Under the pieces are notes generated by a model. That model did no database searches, was not told where the DNA came from, and was given only the letters and a program-made list of their open reading frames with translations. From a virus, in the IMG/VR virus record IMGVR_UViG_3300023440_000001, positions 1 to 64,000 of that record: 64,000 bases of DNA, one strand, 5' to 3'. Position numbers and translations under genes: made by a program. The first letter of the stretch is position 1. Each line of letters starts with the position of its first letter. Below are positions 17,731 to 28,774 of this stretch, one piece after another.

Positions 17731-20439
17731 TTAGAACTGTGCCAGGGCACTTTCATCCGCCTTGAGGATCACCGGTACCTTGATGTCGCGGATCTCGAAT
17801 ACCGGTACCAACACCAGCAGGATCTCCAGCTGACCCAACACACGCTGTTTGGGACTGGATTTGATCTTGAAGGTGAAGGCCTGCAGTCGATTCGGCACCA
17901 TATTGTTCAGCTCGTGTTTCAGGCGGGTCTCCAGTGCCTGCAGGATTTCCAGACTGGCGGGTCGTCCCAGATAATCACCAGCCACTTTCCGGGTGATGCC
18001 CATCGCTTCTTTGACAATCCATAAGGTTGTCAGGCGTTCATAATCGGATCCGGGCTTGGCCAGTGTCGGTCCATCAGTCAGGCGCACGCCGGATGCAGTT
18101 TGAATGGCTGCAATGATGCGCATATCGCCCAGGGCATCCAGCTGACTGCGGCCATCCTTGACTTTATCCGAATAGGCGTAGCGCAGTCCAATGGCACCGG
18201 GAATCTCGTTCAGGTAGATAGATTCATTCGATTGCAACGTTGCCAAATGTCCGGCCACCCAGGCTTCACCGGTCGTGGTGTAGGGCGAACCGCTGGCGAT
18301 GAAGATGGGTTCCACATCCACTGCAATCATGAACTTATTGTCAAAGGGATTCAGGAAGTTGGCTGCTCGCAGCGGATCGCTCAAATCCACTTCAGTCAAC
18401 TTCTCAACCCGACTGGCAACATCCAGGCGAGTAATCGAACCATTGATTCCCGTTCCTTTGAGCGGTTTGAAGCCGATGATACCGACCGCCTCACCGTTGT
18501 AGCTGTTCAGGAAGTTGCTCATCAACAGATGAAACTCGGCGTTGACTTCCTGCGGCAGACCGGTGATTTCGTTGTAGCCGGTCTTGGTGCTATCCAGGTA
18601 GGCACCGGGAACCACAACGATGTCGAATTTGTAGGCATCGAGTCGGTTGTAGGCTTCTACCAGCTCGTCGTAGAGCTGATTGTTGCTCAGGCTAATGCCG
18701 TTAGTACCGCCGGAGAGAGATTTCGCAATGGTTAGCGTAAACATATCCGGTGTTATGGTATACTTAAGGCCGATGATGACGTCATTGATGTTGTCAACTT
18801 TACCACCGGCTGCTCCGGGCTGAATACCAGAACCGATCAGCTTGAGTTTCGGTGCAGTTGCATCCACAATCTCCAGAGTGCTACCTAACTCGTAGTAGCG
18901 TACGGTTGCATGTCGGAACACCAGGTTAGCAGGAGCCGGCGCACCCAACAGGATTTCATTGCCCCGTACGAAGTAATCGGAGAACTGAGCACTGGTATTC
19001 TGCAGTGACGTTAGAGTGGACTTTTCATTCATTACTCCCACGACCGAGTCGAAGGAAATCCGCAGGTCACCGCCGTTGGCAAAGTTGAACAGGTCAGTCA
19101 CCGGCGTGTTGGTTGTTCCGTCCGTTAAGGTAATGGTAAGCGTACCGTTGGACCAGGCTAGACTGAAGTTGCCATCGGATTTACTGATGGGCACTTCCTG
19201 CCAATCATTGGCTGCTGCACCTGCCCGACGATATTCCAGCTTGAAGGGCTTTTCAGTGTCGAAGACCCATCCTTCCGCAGCGTCTTTTGCGGTTGCTACT
19301 GGAGCAACTGCTTTCAAGAGCGCCGGCCCGTCTCCAGCCAGATCGGCTCGAATCGCCTCAACAATCGGTAAGTCATTCGCTGCCGCCCAGCTTGTACCCT
19401 CATGAGCAATACCCCAGGGGGCGTCAACGTTAATCACGTAACTGGCAGGTGGAGTGGAGCCTTGAATATCCACCTTACCCAGATCGACGTTGCGGTGACG
19501 CAGATAGGCCTCACTACCGACCGTACCGGCTGCGGTGTTGGCCAGCTGAGACAGAGTCCCGGATGCATCAGTTGCGTTCAGTATGGTACTGAAACGGGAA
19601 TCCTGCTTCCCATCCAGGGGTAGTTCATCGGTGACAATCTTGGTCAAGCCAGCAACTTCATACTCCTTGACTCCGGATTCACTGATAGCATAGACTTTAT
19701 CGATTGCCACAACTGTTTTGCTCAGGTCCGTGGTATCCGAAAGGTTTGCTGCTCCATCCAGGTAGCGGTTTCCGGTAACCAGATCTGCTGCCAGAGCGGC
19801 ACTGAGATCAATGGTGGTCTGGTTATCATCGGCACTTTCAATAACGGCATCCACCGCGTTGGCTTCGATTTCAAAGTGCAGCTCTTTCTCAATGGCATCG
19901 GCGACCAGGATTTCATTGAGATTGGGATCGGCGTTAATAGCGTCTGCCAGCTCCACCACATTGTGTACATCGACCAGCGAGTTGCTGGCATTGGAATCAT
20001 AAGTGAAGATGGAAAAGGCTTCGGTTTTGGGATTATAGATCTTGATTTCGCTGCCGTCCATGGCGATGGAGATATCGTTGTATATATCACCAGGGTATAA
20101 AGCCTGCAGGGTTAACACCTTATTGGAATTGGTGTCAAACAGATCCAGATAGGCTTTTTGAGCGAACTTCTCGCCAATACGGACAGCAGAGATCTGGGGC
20201 GCACCGCCAGAACCGGCCTGGGCGTCGATGGCTTCTTTAATGGCGCGTACCAGCGATCCCTGACCAAAACGACCGAATACTTCCTGAGCATGAGTCAGGT
20301 CACGGATCTTCACCGGCTCATACACGGGCCCATCTTCAGCCGTTCCAATGATCAGGATGTGGCGATTGAGGGACTGATTGCCAGTCGGACGCTCCAAGTT
20401 CCCATCAAGGAATTGTCTTGTAATTCGTGGTAATGCCAT
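17731..20439 (-). CDS. Contractile tail sheath protein (902 aa)
   Basis: N-terminal ILIIGTAEDGPVYEP..FG, LSGGTNG, C-terminal YERLTT..YLGRP..LVPVFEIRDI typical of sheaths. Confidence 0.88.
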   Translation of the reverse strand: MALPRITRQFLDGNLERPTGNQSLNRHILIIGTAEDGPVYEPVKIRDLTHAQEVFGRFGQGSLVRAIKEAIDAQAGSGGAPQISAVRIGEKFAQKAYLDLFDTNSNKVLTLQALYPGDIYNDISIAMDGSEIKIYNPKTEAFSIFTYDSNASNSLVDVHNVVELADAINADPNLNEILVADAIEKELHFEIEANAVDAVIESADDNQTTIDLSAALAADLVTGNRYLDGAANLSDTTDLSKTVVAIDKVYAISESGVKEYEVAGLTKIVTDELPLDGKQDSRFSTILNATDASGTLSQLANTAAGTVGSEAYLRHRNVDLGKVDIQGSTPPASYVINVDAPWGIAHEGTSWAAANDLPIVEAIRADLAGDGPALLKAVAPVATAKDAAEGWVFDTEKPFKLEYRRAGAAANDWQEVPISKSDGNFSLAWSNGTLTITLTDGTTNTPVTDLFNFANGGDLRISFDSVVGVMNEKSTLTSLQNTSAQFSDYFVRGNEILLGAPAPANLVFRHATVRYYELGSTLEIVDATAPKLKLIGSGIQPGAAGGKVDNINDVIIGLKYTITPDMFTLTIAKSLSGGTNGISLSNNQLYDELVEAYNRLDAYKFDIVVVPGAYLDSTKTGYNEITGLPQEVNAEFHLLMSNFLNSYNGEAVGIIGFKPLKGTGINGSITRLDVASRVEKLTEVDLSDPLRAANFLNPFDNKFMIAVDVEPIFIASGSPYTTTGEAWVAGHLATLQSNESIYLNEIPGAIGLRYAYSDKVKDGRSQLDALGDMRIIAAIQTASGVRLTDGPTLAKPGSDYERLTTLWIVKEAMGITRKVAGDYLGRPASLEILQALETRLKHELNNMVPNRLQAFTFKIKSSPKQRVLGQLEILLVLVPVFEIRDIKVPVILKADESALAQF

Positions 20440-20460
20440 ACCGGTATTCTCCTATTAAGT

Positions 20461-21111
20461 TTAAGATGTCGTACTATCCACTTTCTGAATACGCGTCGCT
20501 ATCCGTTGGATCAGATCAACGGGCTTGACGGTATTCTCCTGTAACTGTACGTAGTACACCAGACTACGAGTCTGGAGTCGGTTGTTAATCTTCAGAAGCT
20601 CGAGATCACGAACTCGTTCATAGAAACGAACGTGTGGGCTTCCCAGTACATGTCCATAGTGAGCCATGAAATCCAGCTGAAACCAGTAGGCAATCCGCTC
20701 GGCTTCCTCGCCGGTCAGTGCCCAGATATCGAATTTGATGAAAGCCTGGAACAGCTGACTCAATAGCTCATACTGTGTGCCATCATTGTAGATAACTTCT
20801 CTGCGCAAACGGGGCTTTACTTCTCGGGTTCCGGTATCCGGATTAGGCCGTGCTTTACCACCCAGCTGATGGGGTGACATGTGTTGAACATCCCAGGTAA
20901 TGGTTGTTCGAAAACGGTCCGCTTTATCCTCATAAAAGAGAACGGTCTCCGGATACGCCGGATAGAAGTCTATATCAGGAGCGAGAATCTCCAGCGCCTG
21001 GCTCAGGTTTCCGATAAAGTCCAGTAAAGACACACTCGGATAGTTCTCCGGAATGTTGGCTACCGGATGCCGGACAATCTCACTCGGTGATTTAAACTGA
21101 AACAGTTCCAT
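20461..21111 (-). CDS. Putative tail terminator/neck protein
   Basis: Position upstream of the sheath; KPRLRRE..FDIWALTGEEAERIAYWF. Confidence 0.5.
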   Translation of the reverse strand: MELFQFKSPSEIVRHPVANIPENYPSVSLLDFIGNLSQALEILAPDIDFYPAYPETVLFYEDKADRFRTTITWDVQHMSPHQLGGKARPNPDTGTREVKPRLRREVIYNDGTQYELLSQLFQAFIKFDIWALTGEEAERIAYWFQLDFMAHYGHVLGSPHVRFYERVRDLELLKINNRLQTRSLVYYVQLQENTVKPVDLIQRIATRIQKVDSTTS

Positions 21112-21542
21112 TAGTAATAACCGTAATCAGGTCTTACATATAAAGTATAGAAGATGACCTTACCATCTTCCCCGCGTTTGGTGTCAATATCCCGTATGCG
21201 AAATACCTGCCGGTGCGGGCTTGATTTGATAACATCATCGCTCACCGCAGGACCATTGTTGCCATTTACTTCAATGATTATATCATGAACCTTGGGATTT
21301 GCATCCGCAGGTAGATAGTAAATCATCCGTCCTTCGTATGCACCTTTTGATCCTCTTACCGATGTAGCACTGTATCGGCACAATATCACCTCATCGGTAT
21401 AGGTCCAACGTTCCCCACCCACACCCTCACGGGTTATCGGACTGTAGTATTCGCTCTTCTGTCCTGTATGATAGCGTCGATAGATGGCCTTGTGGCCATA
21501 TGTCTTCAATATGTCCTCAAATTGTGCCTTCAGATCAATCAT
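21111..21542 (-). CDS. Putative head closure/neck protein
   Basis: Size and position; YGHKAIYRR..GVGGERWTY. Confidence 0.45.
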   Translation of the reverse strand: MIDLKAQFEDILKTYGHKAIYRRYHTGQKSEYYSPITREGVGGERWTYTDEVILCRYSATSVRGSKGAYEGRMIYYLPADANPKVHDIIIEVNGNNGPAVSDDVIKSSPHRQVFRIRDIDTKRGEDGKVIFYTLYVRPDYGYY

Positions 21543-22906
21543 TAATCTATCTCGGGTCCGGGTGTGCGACGTTTAGGTGCCACGTAATCCAGATCTCGCT
21601 TGAAATCCGGATTATATGTCGGATCGGGACGTCCGATAGAAGGAACCAATCCGATGACTCCATAATTGTGCTCACTGGCCATCAAGCTGTAAGCGGGTTG
21701 ATGAATGGGTACATCCCGGGTATCCCCCTTTCGGAGCAGTTCACCGTAGATGTATTCCAGCTGATTAAGCTCTTCTAGATCCGCCTGTAAATCCTGCTGT
21801 TGCTGGACTTTTGCCGGATCGGACAGGGCAACTTTTAAGTCTCCCAGCATGATGCTCTGCGGGGCACCAATAGTCAGATCTCTTCGCTGACGCATATCGA
21901 ATGCGTCTTTAACCAACCGTACCATAACAAACTGCTGAGCATAATAAGGGACTTTGTCAGTGGGAAACTGATTCCCATTACCTGTCCACAGCTGATAGGC
22001 CCGCTTACTTTCTAAATAGATCATTACCGCCAGCTCATCATCTGATGTGAAGACGGCTGATAGACCTTTCAACGTGTACTTGGCTTCTTCTACGGTTATG
22101 AACGATGGTGCCATGTAAGGCAGAAAGGTTAAAGACAGTGTCCCTTCACCGGGAATATTCACCTGAATGGTGTATTCCATGTTTACCGCAAAGTCAAGTG
22201 TGGCAGTTATATCGCTTGCATTTACCATATAGCTCAGAACCGGAATGCTGTCTTCCATCAGCAGCTGCTCGCTTTTCTTTAACAGTCGATCCTGTATGGT
22301 CAGTGGTAGAGTAACGGACGTCGCATCAATAGTAATCTGGGACCCATTGATGACAGGCTGTGCATTGCTGCCCCAGTAATCATCAACTCCCAGATAACCC
22401 AATGGATGTCGACTGGTGATGGTTACCGTGGGAGTAGAAGATGGCGTATCGGATAGATTAATAGTTACCACTCCGTCTTCTGCCGTCCAGGACGCAATGG
22501 ATATCTGCGATGTCAGTGTAGACAGAGAAATACCACTGATCGGTTGTTCGGCTGGCTGCTGGCCTGAAGGATCAGCCAGAGTTGTAAAGTAATACAGATA
22601 ATCCGTACCCAGCGTGCGTCCACTGCTGGATCGGACACCAAAACTGCCACCAGTGACCACCACAATGTATCGAGTCTGGTAGTCCAGCGGATTATCGGGC
22701 ACAAAGCGTATGGTAGTGGAGTCTTTCAGATCCACAGAACCCGTCAGAGCATCAAATGGAGACGAGTCTGCCACCCCCACACTGAGAACAAGATCCGTTA
22801 CAGTAGACGGATCCAGGTCCTCATTGAACCCGATCAGTATTTCAGTAATATTGATATCGACATCGACGGCGTTGGTCGATGGCGTTGTCGAGATTACCTG
22901 AAACAT
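21542..22906 (-). CDS. Ig-like (Big_5-type) domain plus head-tail adaptor-like virion protein
   Basis: VISTTPSTNAVDV..FNEDLDPSTV..FVPDNPL..Y..FTT Ig signature; C-terminal SIMLGDLKV. Confidence 0.6.
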   Translation of the reverse strand: MFQVISTTPSTNAVDVDINITEILIGFNEDLDPSTVTDLVLSVGVADSSPFDALTGSVDLKDSTTIRFVPDNPLDYQTRYIVVVTGGSFGVRSSSGRTLGTDYLYYFTTLADPSGQQPAEQPISGISLSTLTSQISIASWTAEDGVVTINLSDTPSSTPTVTITSRHPLGYLGVDDYWGSNAQPVINGSQITIDATSVTLPLTIQDRLLKKSEQLLMEDSIPVLSYMVNASDITATLDFAVNMEYTIQVNIPGEGTLSLTFLPYMAPSFITVEEAKYTLKGLSAVFTSDDELAVMIYLESKRAYQLWTGNGNQFPTDKVPYYAQQFVMVRLVKDAFDMRQRRDLTIGAPQSIMLGDLKVALSDPAKVQQQQDLQADLEELNQLEYIYGELLRKGDTRDVPIHQPAYSLMASEHNYGVIGLVPSIGRPDPTYNPDFKRDLDYVAPKRRTPGPEID

Positions 22907-22918
22907 CTATCATGCACC

Positions 22919-23620
22919 TTAAATAGCAAATCGTGCTTTCACATTGGGATCGGAGTCTTCATCCTCCATGCTGATGACTCCGGTTAACATGGCGCGTTTT
23001 ACGCCCAACTTCACCAGTTCCTCATTCAGCGCATCAACCACCTGTCGGCGGGGTCCCATCGCCGGATTCAATCCCCGGGTCTCAATAGCCAGCGCTTCCC
23101 GGAGAAACTCGATGGCCCGTTGCTCATCCAATCCGGATAAATACCCGGGCAGACGTTCCAGGACCTGGTGGGCTTGCAGCTTCAGTAATTTGAATGCCTT
23201 GGAGTTCTTATCCACATACTCCATTGTACCAGAAGAGAACTGCGGAGCTTTGGGAATCTGGCGGTTGTTCTTCACGTCTTCCCGGTTTAACTCTCTCCAC
23301 ACATAGCGTGGCGTCTTGCGCCCACCTTCAGGAGCGTTGACTGGCGGCTGATAGTTCTCCGGATCATCAGTGAAGTCCAGTACGCCCAACTCCACAGCTT
23401 TCATCACACGATCTTTCACAGCCTTTTTAAGATTGTTGAAGGCAGCGTAGGGTTTTGCGCCTTTGCGGGTGTGACTTAAAACGAAACTGATATCTTCCTC
23501 ATCGATTTCCCAGTGATTGATGTTTTTCAGTATAACATACTTTCCGGGTTTGACCTTCTGAGAATCGCTTTTGCTGTTTTGATCTTTGGCATTGGTTTTG
23601 GTTGTTTGTTTATTGCTCAT
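22919..23620 (-). CDS. Hypothetical protein downstream of the capsid gene
   Basis: 233-aa ORF with a GGAGG RBS. Confidence 0.6.
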   Translation of the reverse strand: MSNKQTTKTNAKDQNSKSDSQKVKPGKYVILKNINHWEIDEEDISFVLSHTRKGAKPYAAFNNLKKAVKDRVMKAVELGVLDFTDDPENYQPPVNAPEGGRKTPRYVWRELNREDVKNNRQIPKAPQFSSGTMEYVDKNSKAFKLLKLQAHQVLERLPGYLSGLDEQRAIEFLREALAIETRGLNPAMGPRRQVVDALNEELVKLGVKRAMLTGVISMEDEDSDPNVKARFAI

Positions 23621-23636
23621 GGCTTTCCTCCGTTTT

Positions 23637-23670
23637 TAAACCAGGGGCGCCCCTTTGAAGGCGCCCCGGT
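23637..23670 (-). terminator. Intrinsic terminator after the major capsid gene
   Basis: ggggcgcc/ggcgcccc stem with a short A-run on the + strand. Confidence 0.5.
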
Positions 23671-23694
23671 ATATAAGCCTCAGGTCAGTTCAGG

Positions 23695-24981
23695 TTAGGA
23701 TAAGGTAACCTGATTGACGTTTTCGAATACGTAGTTGCGATCGATGGTGATGTTGCGAGCCACAGCCACGCCTTTTCCTTGCTCGAATAACGCCATACCC
23801 CAGCGTTCCTTGATCTTCATGGCGCGGATGTCGCGTTCCGGATCGTTCCACTGGTCGAGACTGACGCCTTCCTTGGTAATCAGGATACCGCAGCGATCGG
23901 AGTCGGCCATGATGATGTCGGATTTGGGTTTGGGCCCGTCAGCATTGAAAGGAACGTGCGGGCTGACGATGACTTTCATCGGCGTTGGTAAGTAGCGCGG
24001 TTCGATGTAGAAGGTGGCTCCCAACGGATTCAGAGTGGTCACAAACGGGTTGTTACCGGCAACCTTGTTGGGATCGTCGAAAGCGATACCGGTAGCCGTG
24101 GTTCGCAGACCCATTCCCTGATGTCCGGTACCGAAACCAGGAGAGTAAGAGCCATTCGGTAAGCGATTGGTAGCCAGGGTCGCGCCCTTCAACACGATTT
24201 CCCGGGTCTCCGGATCAGTCATGAACATCTTCCAGGCCAAGGGGTTCATGAGCAACGTATCAGGAGTGAACCCACGCAGGAATAACCAGGCATACATCTC
24301 GAAGATGTCATCCACGGTCATGGTGTTGTTCTTGGCACCGTCAATGCCGCGTCCGTTGGTAGCACCCAGCTGGGAGCTGGCAGGATCATCATTGTTGAAG
24401 ATGTCATAACCGAAGTCGTTGATCAACTTGATACCGTACTGCTCTTTGTGTCGGGCCAATGCGCGGCCGGCCATCCGTAACCACAAACCGAACACGTCGA
24501 ACAGGTTGTCGGTGATGACTTCTTCAGTAACCCGCATTTTCAAACCGTGTTTCTCGATCCCGACCTGGATCATATCGCCTTCACCGAAGTTGAATTCGGT
24601 TTCCGGATATTCGGCGCCTTCCGGTACGGTGGCTGCATGGAATGCTCCAATAGAGCCGATTTCCACCGAACGACCCGGACCTTCGTAGCGCACTTCCTGG
24701 AACAGGTTGGGCACTACCACCAGGTTGGGCTCTAACGCTTCTCGAATCACCCGGGATACGGAAGTTTCGATGAAGCGGGTTAAGTCTTTGGTCGTAACAG
24801 TGTCTTTTAACTCATCGACTTCTTTGAACGCCTTGGGCAGATCAAAGATGTCGTTAAACTCCAACTTCACGATGTGTTTGTCTTCAGTGGGAAGACCGAC
24901 CACACCGTTGTTGGTGAACGCATCATAGAGGATCTGTTCCAGATGATTGAGCGTCGAGTTGTTTTGACCGATTACCTTCAT
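23695..24981 (-). CDS. Major capsid protein (HK97 fold)
   Basis: VPEGAEYPE..KHGLKMRVTEEVITD..AGRALARHKE..PDTLLMNP..KERWG motifs; head-module position. Confidence 0.88.
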   Translation of the reverse strand: MKVIGQNNSTLNHLEQILYDAFTNNGVVGLPTEDKHIVKLEFNDIFDLPKAFKEVDELKDTVTTKDLTRFIETSVSRVIREALEPNLVVVPNLFQEVRYEGPGRSVEIGSIGAFHAATVPEGAEYPETEFNFGEGDMIQVGIEKHGLKMRVTEEVITDNLFDVFGLWLRMAGRALARHKEQYGIKLINDFGYDIFNNDDPASSQLGATNGRGIDGAKNNTMTVDDIFEMYAWLFLRGFTPDTLLMNPLAWKMFMTDPETREIVLKGATLATNRLPNGSYSPGFGTGHQGMGLRTTATGIAFDDPNKVAGNNPFVTTLNPLGATFYIEPRYLPTPMKVIVSPHVPFNADGPKPKSDIIMADSDRCGILITKEGVSLDQWNDPERDIRAMKIKERWGMALFEQGKGVAVARNITIDRNYVFENVNQVTLS

Positions 24982-25036
24982 TAGTAATGTCTCCTATAAG
25001 TCAGGTTTCCCTTTCAGGGTTTACAATGCGTATGTA

Positions 25037-25063
25037 AAGTGGGGACGCAAAAAGCGACCCCAC
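25037..25063 (-). terminator. Hairpin/terminator between the decoration and capsid genes
   Basis: gtgggg..cgc aaaaa gcg..ccccac stem. Confidence 0.4.
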
Positions 25064-25069
25064 ATTCTG

Positions 25070-26509
25070 TTATCGTGCTGTTAACTGGATGTAGGCGAAA
25101 CCAAACGCACCTTCCTGTACCAGTTCTTTAGCAGCTTTAGCGGCATCCACTCCGTTGAAGCTGTATCCGCCAGCTGTTAACACATCGTTGATGAAGTTGA
25201 ACAGGCTTTCCGGCAATCCTTCGGTTCCGGTTCCGGCAACCCGATGTCCGTAAGGCACTTCCACGGTTTCCAATAAGTCTTTGGGGAACCGGGTGTCAAC
25301 ACCGAGCAAGCGGCCAACAGTCTGGGCAGTACGATTGGCATTCAGGCTGATGTTGTTGGAGTTGGCTACATCGGCTCCGGCAGGTACCCAGTTACCGAAC
25401 AGGTCGGATTGTAACAGCTGACCGGATAATCCGGCGACGGCATTCTGCTCGGAATCGAAATACAGGAAGCTGTACTTCTTCTCAACAGCAATGTATCCGG
25501 CATCATTGGTGGCGTCCATGGTAGCCGCACCGACTTTGTATCCGGATTTGGTGGAACCGGCGTCTTCATCTACGAACTTCACATTGGTTCCCAATGCCCG
25601 CAGTAAACCGAAGTCCACAAACGGAATGCGGATGAACTGCTCGGCCAGAATACCATAGGATTTGTAGAGTTCGTAATTCAAGAAGGCACCACGGATATCC
25701 TGATAGATGTCGTACATGGCTACACCGATAGGAGCGTTGGCGGGAATGGTGTAGGTTTCCCCGACAGCCACCACTGCTTTGGCTCCGGAAGCATCCGGCA
25801 CTAAAGCCGCCACGTCATCGGCATCGTAGGTGATCACCCGGGCAGTTCCGCCATTGGCGGGGACCAGCAATCCCATGATGTCACGGGTATATCCGTAGTA
25901 GCTTCCATCCGCACCGATATACAGAGCGGTGGTGTTATCGATCTGATCCACAACACCAACATAGATGTTGGACTGCGGTTTGTACTGATAGTCTACCGTG
26001 ATACCAGCGCCGTTGGCAGGAGCAGCGTTAAAGGTCACGGAGATTGCTCCGGTGCTGTAGTTGATGGTACCAGAACCACCGGCACTACCGGTTAAGTTAC
26101 CAGCGCCATCGTCACTGAAGGTTTCTGTTCCATCGGTGACTTTCACGGAACCTGCGATCACAGGAGTGTTGGCTAAGGTTCCGGAGAAGTTGACAGCAAC
26201 ACCATCACCGGTTCCCAGGCTTTCGCCGACAACGGCGACTTTGGAACCCAGCATCAGGGGTTCACCGATCACGTCATTCTGAACGGTTACGGCAGAAACG
26301 ATTCGCCCTTTGGGGATAACGACCCACTGTTCGGTAGCAATGTCTTTGAACTTGACATCCAAATACCGAAGCGGAATCAGAGGGAAAGCCGGCCGGATAC
26401 CGTCGGATACTTCGATGTTGGGACGGATGGGGCTTTCTTTATACTTATCAGGCATCGGCTTGATGGGTCGTCTCCGGGCAGTCTGGGCAGTGAAATTCAA
26501 TTTGGCCAT
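25070..26509 (-). CDS. Capsid-associated structural (decoration-like) protein with an inserted beta-rich domain
   Basis: Directly upstream of MCP; VVIPKGRIVS, APIGVAMYD; Gly/Thr-rich insert GTGDG..GTINYSTGAISVTF..VDYQY. Confidence 0.6.
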   Translation of the reverse strand: MAKLNFTAQTARRRPIKPMPDKYKESPIRPNIEVSDGIRPAFPLIPLRYLDVKFKDIATEQWVVIPKGRIVSAVTVQNDVIGEPLMLGSKVAVVGESLGTGDGVAVNFSGTLANTPVIAGSVKVTDGTETFSDDGAGNLTGSAGGSGTINYSTGAISVTFNAAPANGAGITVDYQYKPQSNIYVGVVDQIDNTTALYIGADGSYYGYTRDIMGLLVPANGGTARVITYDADDVAALVPDASGAKAVVAVGETYTIPANAPIGVAMYDIYQDIRGAFLNYELYKSYGILAEQFIRIPFVDFGLLRALGTNVKFVDEDAGSTKSGYKVGAATMDATNDAGYIAVEKKYSFLYFDSEQNAVAGLSGQLLQSDLFGNWVPAGADVANSNNISLNANRTAQTVGRLLGVDTRFPKDLLETVEVPYGHRVAGTGTEGLPESLFNFINDVLTAGGYSFNGVDAAKAAKELVQEGAFGFAYIQLTAR

Positions 26510-26531
26510 AACTTATTACTCCTCTCAAGTT

Positions 26532-27251
26532 TTAGTTATGTTTGCGGCTGATGACTTTCAAGAAGGAGGCCATATCCTTCAATTCGATTTCATCGCCATC
26601 AGACTCCTCTTCAGAAGAGTCCTGTGGGTCTTCAGTTGTTTGTTTGGCACCATCCTTCGTCTGGACGTCTTTGTCTACCGTCTCGGATGGTTCATTTTGA
26701 AAAGCAGCGTGCAGCTCGGCTCTTAATTCGTCGTGGAGTTTCCGGAGTTCGTCGGTTTCCTTCTCACTAAGAGACTCTTTGTAAGCTTTTAAAGAGTCTT
26801 CGACCGCCTCCAGGTTGATCTCCGACTTTCGTAACGCCAGGGCCAGATCGGCAATCTGATCTACCAACATGGTTTTCACCTCGGCTTCCAGATCGGATTT
26901 GGTACCCTGTGCTTTCTTGAGCTCTTCGTTGTCAGCTTTCAGCTGCTGAACATTCTGGTTGGCATCGTCGAGAGAAGTCTGGAGTTCATCGACCTTTCTC
27001 TGCAGTTCAGCCGTTTTCTCAGCTACCACAGAATCGATATACTCCTTCATCCCTTCGACCTGGAGCGCATCCTTTAAGTTGTCTGGCATTTTCGGCTCTC
27101 CTATTGATTTAATGGCTTCGCGGAATGCGTCCTTGACTTCGTCAGACACATCCGATTTCTCGATAATGAGTAAAGCCCGTTTACGCGCATGAGGATTGTC
27201 TAGCAACCCGTCAAGTATGATTTGTGCGTCTTTGGGTAGTTTGAACTTCAT
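26532..27251 (-). CDS. Scaffold-like coiled-coil protein
   Basis: Acidic heptad-rich sequence between the protease and capsid genes; start set at the ATG at 27251 (AGGGGAG upstream). Confidence 0.6.
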   Translation of the reverse strand: MKFKLPKDAQIILDGLLDNPHARKRALLIIEKSDVSDEVKDAFREAIKSIGEPKMPDNLKDALQVEGMKEYIDSVVAEKTAELQRKVDELQTSLDDANQNVQQLKADNEELKKAQGTKSDLEAEVKTMLVDQIADLALALRKSEINLEAVEDSLKAYKESLSEKETDELRKLHDELRAELHAAFQNEPSETVDKDVQTKDGAKQTTEDPQDSSEEESDGDEIELKDMASFLKVISRKHN

Positions 27252-27311
27252 AGCACACATCTCCCCTTGCATAGGTAGTTATGTCAAAGTTGCCCCACGA
27301 ATCAGACGGGT

Positions 27312-28772
27312 TTATGCAAATTCCTCGATCACAGCCAGGAGTTGATAGAGTTGTTCAAGTTCGTCTTTAAAGGGGCAGCCCATTTCCTTGGCTCGACGGC
27401 GAATACAGGAAGCAATACGCTTCTTATCACCCGGGCCTTTATACTTGGGTAACAGGCGCATCGCAAAGCGTGCCTGTTTGCAACTGGTTACTGGAAAGGA
27501 ACGACGTCCTTTGCGTTTGTCCATGGGACCGCAGAACTTGTCGGGGTGTTTCTTTGACAGCTCTTTCTTGGTCTTTTCCTTCATGGGCTTATCGAAAAGC
27601 TCCATATCCTCGCTGTCATCGAAGACCTCTTCGGTCATTTTGTGGGTGTGTCCCTTGACCTTCTTGCCATCTTCACTGTACATTCGTGCCGGTTGAATCT
27701 TACCATCCACAATATCATGCCAGTGATCCAGTACATAATCAGTCGACCCATTGCCAGCTTCATTCATGCGACAGACATGACGATGACGCTTCACGTTCTC
27801 ATCCTTGGCATAGTCTGTTATCATCTTCTTTTCCTTGTCCGTCATGGCTTCAATTTGGTCCGTCAACCAGTCCAGAAGCTGTAAATCGTCCTCGGTGGGT
27901 ACCCACACGTCGGCAGCGTCGATATCACCCGTAAAGCCACCACCGTCATTCACATAGGCTTTAATATGATCCAATGGATCTTCCGCCTGAATGGCATCCC
28001 ACAGACTCGGATTGGCAATGATTTCGGCACCCTCGGCGAGCAAGAAGGCGACCTTCTGATAATCCTCGTTACTCTGAGGCATCCACAGTTTGTTGTCCAT
28101 GAGTATGATTCCTCTGTGCTCTTTGGTATCTTTGACATTGATAGGAACCTCGCCCTCTGCGTCGGCAAACTTCCAGCCGGTTACCACAGCGGCGTGTTCT
28201 TTGGAGGCATCAGCAGGTACGTTGACGAAGGAGACTTCTTTGTAGTCCAGCATCCCTACTTCCCAGTAGCAGACCTTCTTGATGCCATCTTCGGTCTCAT
28301 AAACACTTCCACGCCGGTGACCGCAAAACTCATCGGCTTCCAGAAGGTTTGTTTTACATATACTGCAACGTACGAACTCGACCGGTGTGCCAGAGGTTGA
28401 AACCGTCAGATAACGACCATCCATGATCTTTTCGACGGCACTCTGGTCTGTAATCAGTACGTCCAGCTGAATGAAACCGAACTGATCGTCACCCACATAA
28501 CGGGCGGCTTTAACCCGACCCAGTGGGTCAGTCTCTTTGTTATGATTCCGCAGTACGGGTTTGGGGAAAGGCTCCAGCCAGCTCTTCGTGGCTTTGGCCA
28601 TGGAAGTGGGAACATAATAGTAATAGTTTCGATTGATAAAGCCACCATGGGTGGCATCTATGGTGACCAACAGGCCCTTCTCAGTAGACTCTACGTGGCC
28701 ATCCCGTAGATCCCACTTTACCTGAAAGTCGTCATAGAGAGGTTTTGTATCCGAAGACGTCTTAATCGCCAT
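27312..28772 (-). CDS. Prohead (maturation) protease
   Basis: PVLRNHN..PLGRV..DGRYLTVS..CSIC..CGH..EVSFVNVPAD; C-terminal His-rich and FCGP..RSFPV domains. Confidence 0.8.
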   Translation of the reverse strand: MAIKTSSDTKPLYDDFQVKWDLRDGHVESTEKGLLVTIDATHGGFINRNYYYYVPTSMAKATKSWLEPFPKPVLRNHNKETDPLGRVKAARYVGDDQFGFIQLDVLITDQSAVEKIMDGRYLTVSTSGTPVEFVRCSICKTNLLEADEFCGHRRGSVYETEDGIKKVCYWEVGMLDYKEVSFVNVPADASKEHAAVVTGWKFADAEGEVPINVKDTKEHRGIILMDNKLWMPQSNEDYQKVAFLLAEGAEIIANPSLWDAIQAEDPLDHIKAYVNDGGGFTGDIDAADVWVPTEDDLQLLDWLTDQIEAMTDKEKKMITDYAKDENVKRHRHVCRMNEAGNGSTDYVLDHWHDIVDGKIQPARMYSEDGKKVKGHTHKMTEEVFDDSEDMELFDKPMKEKTKKELSKKHPDKFCGPMDKRKGRRSFPVTSCKQARFAMRLLPKYKGPGDKKRIASCIRRRAKEMGCPFKDELEQLYQLLAVIEEFA

Positions 28773-28774
28773 CG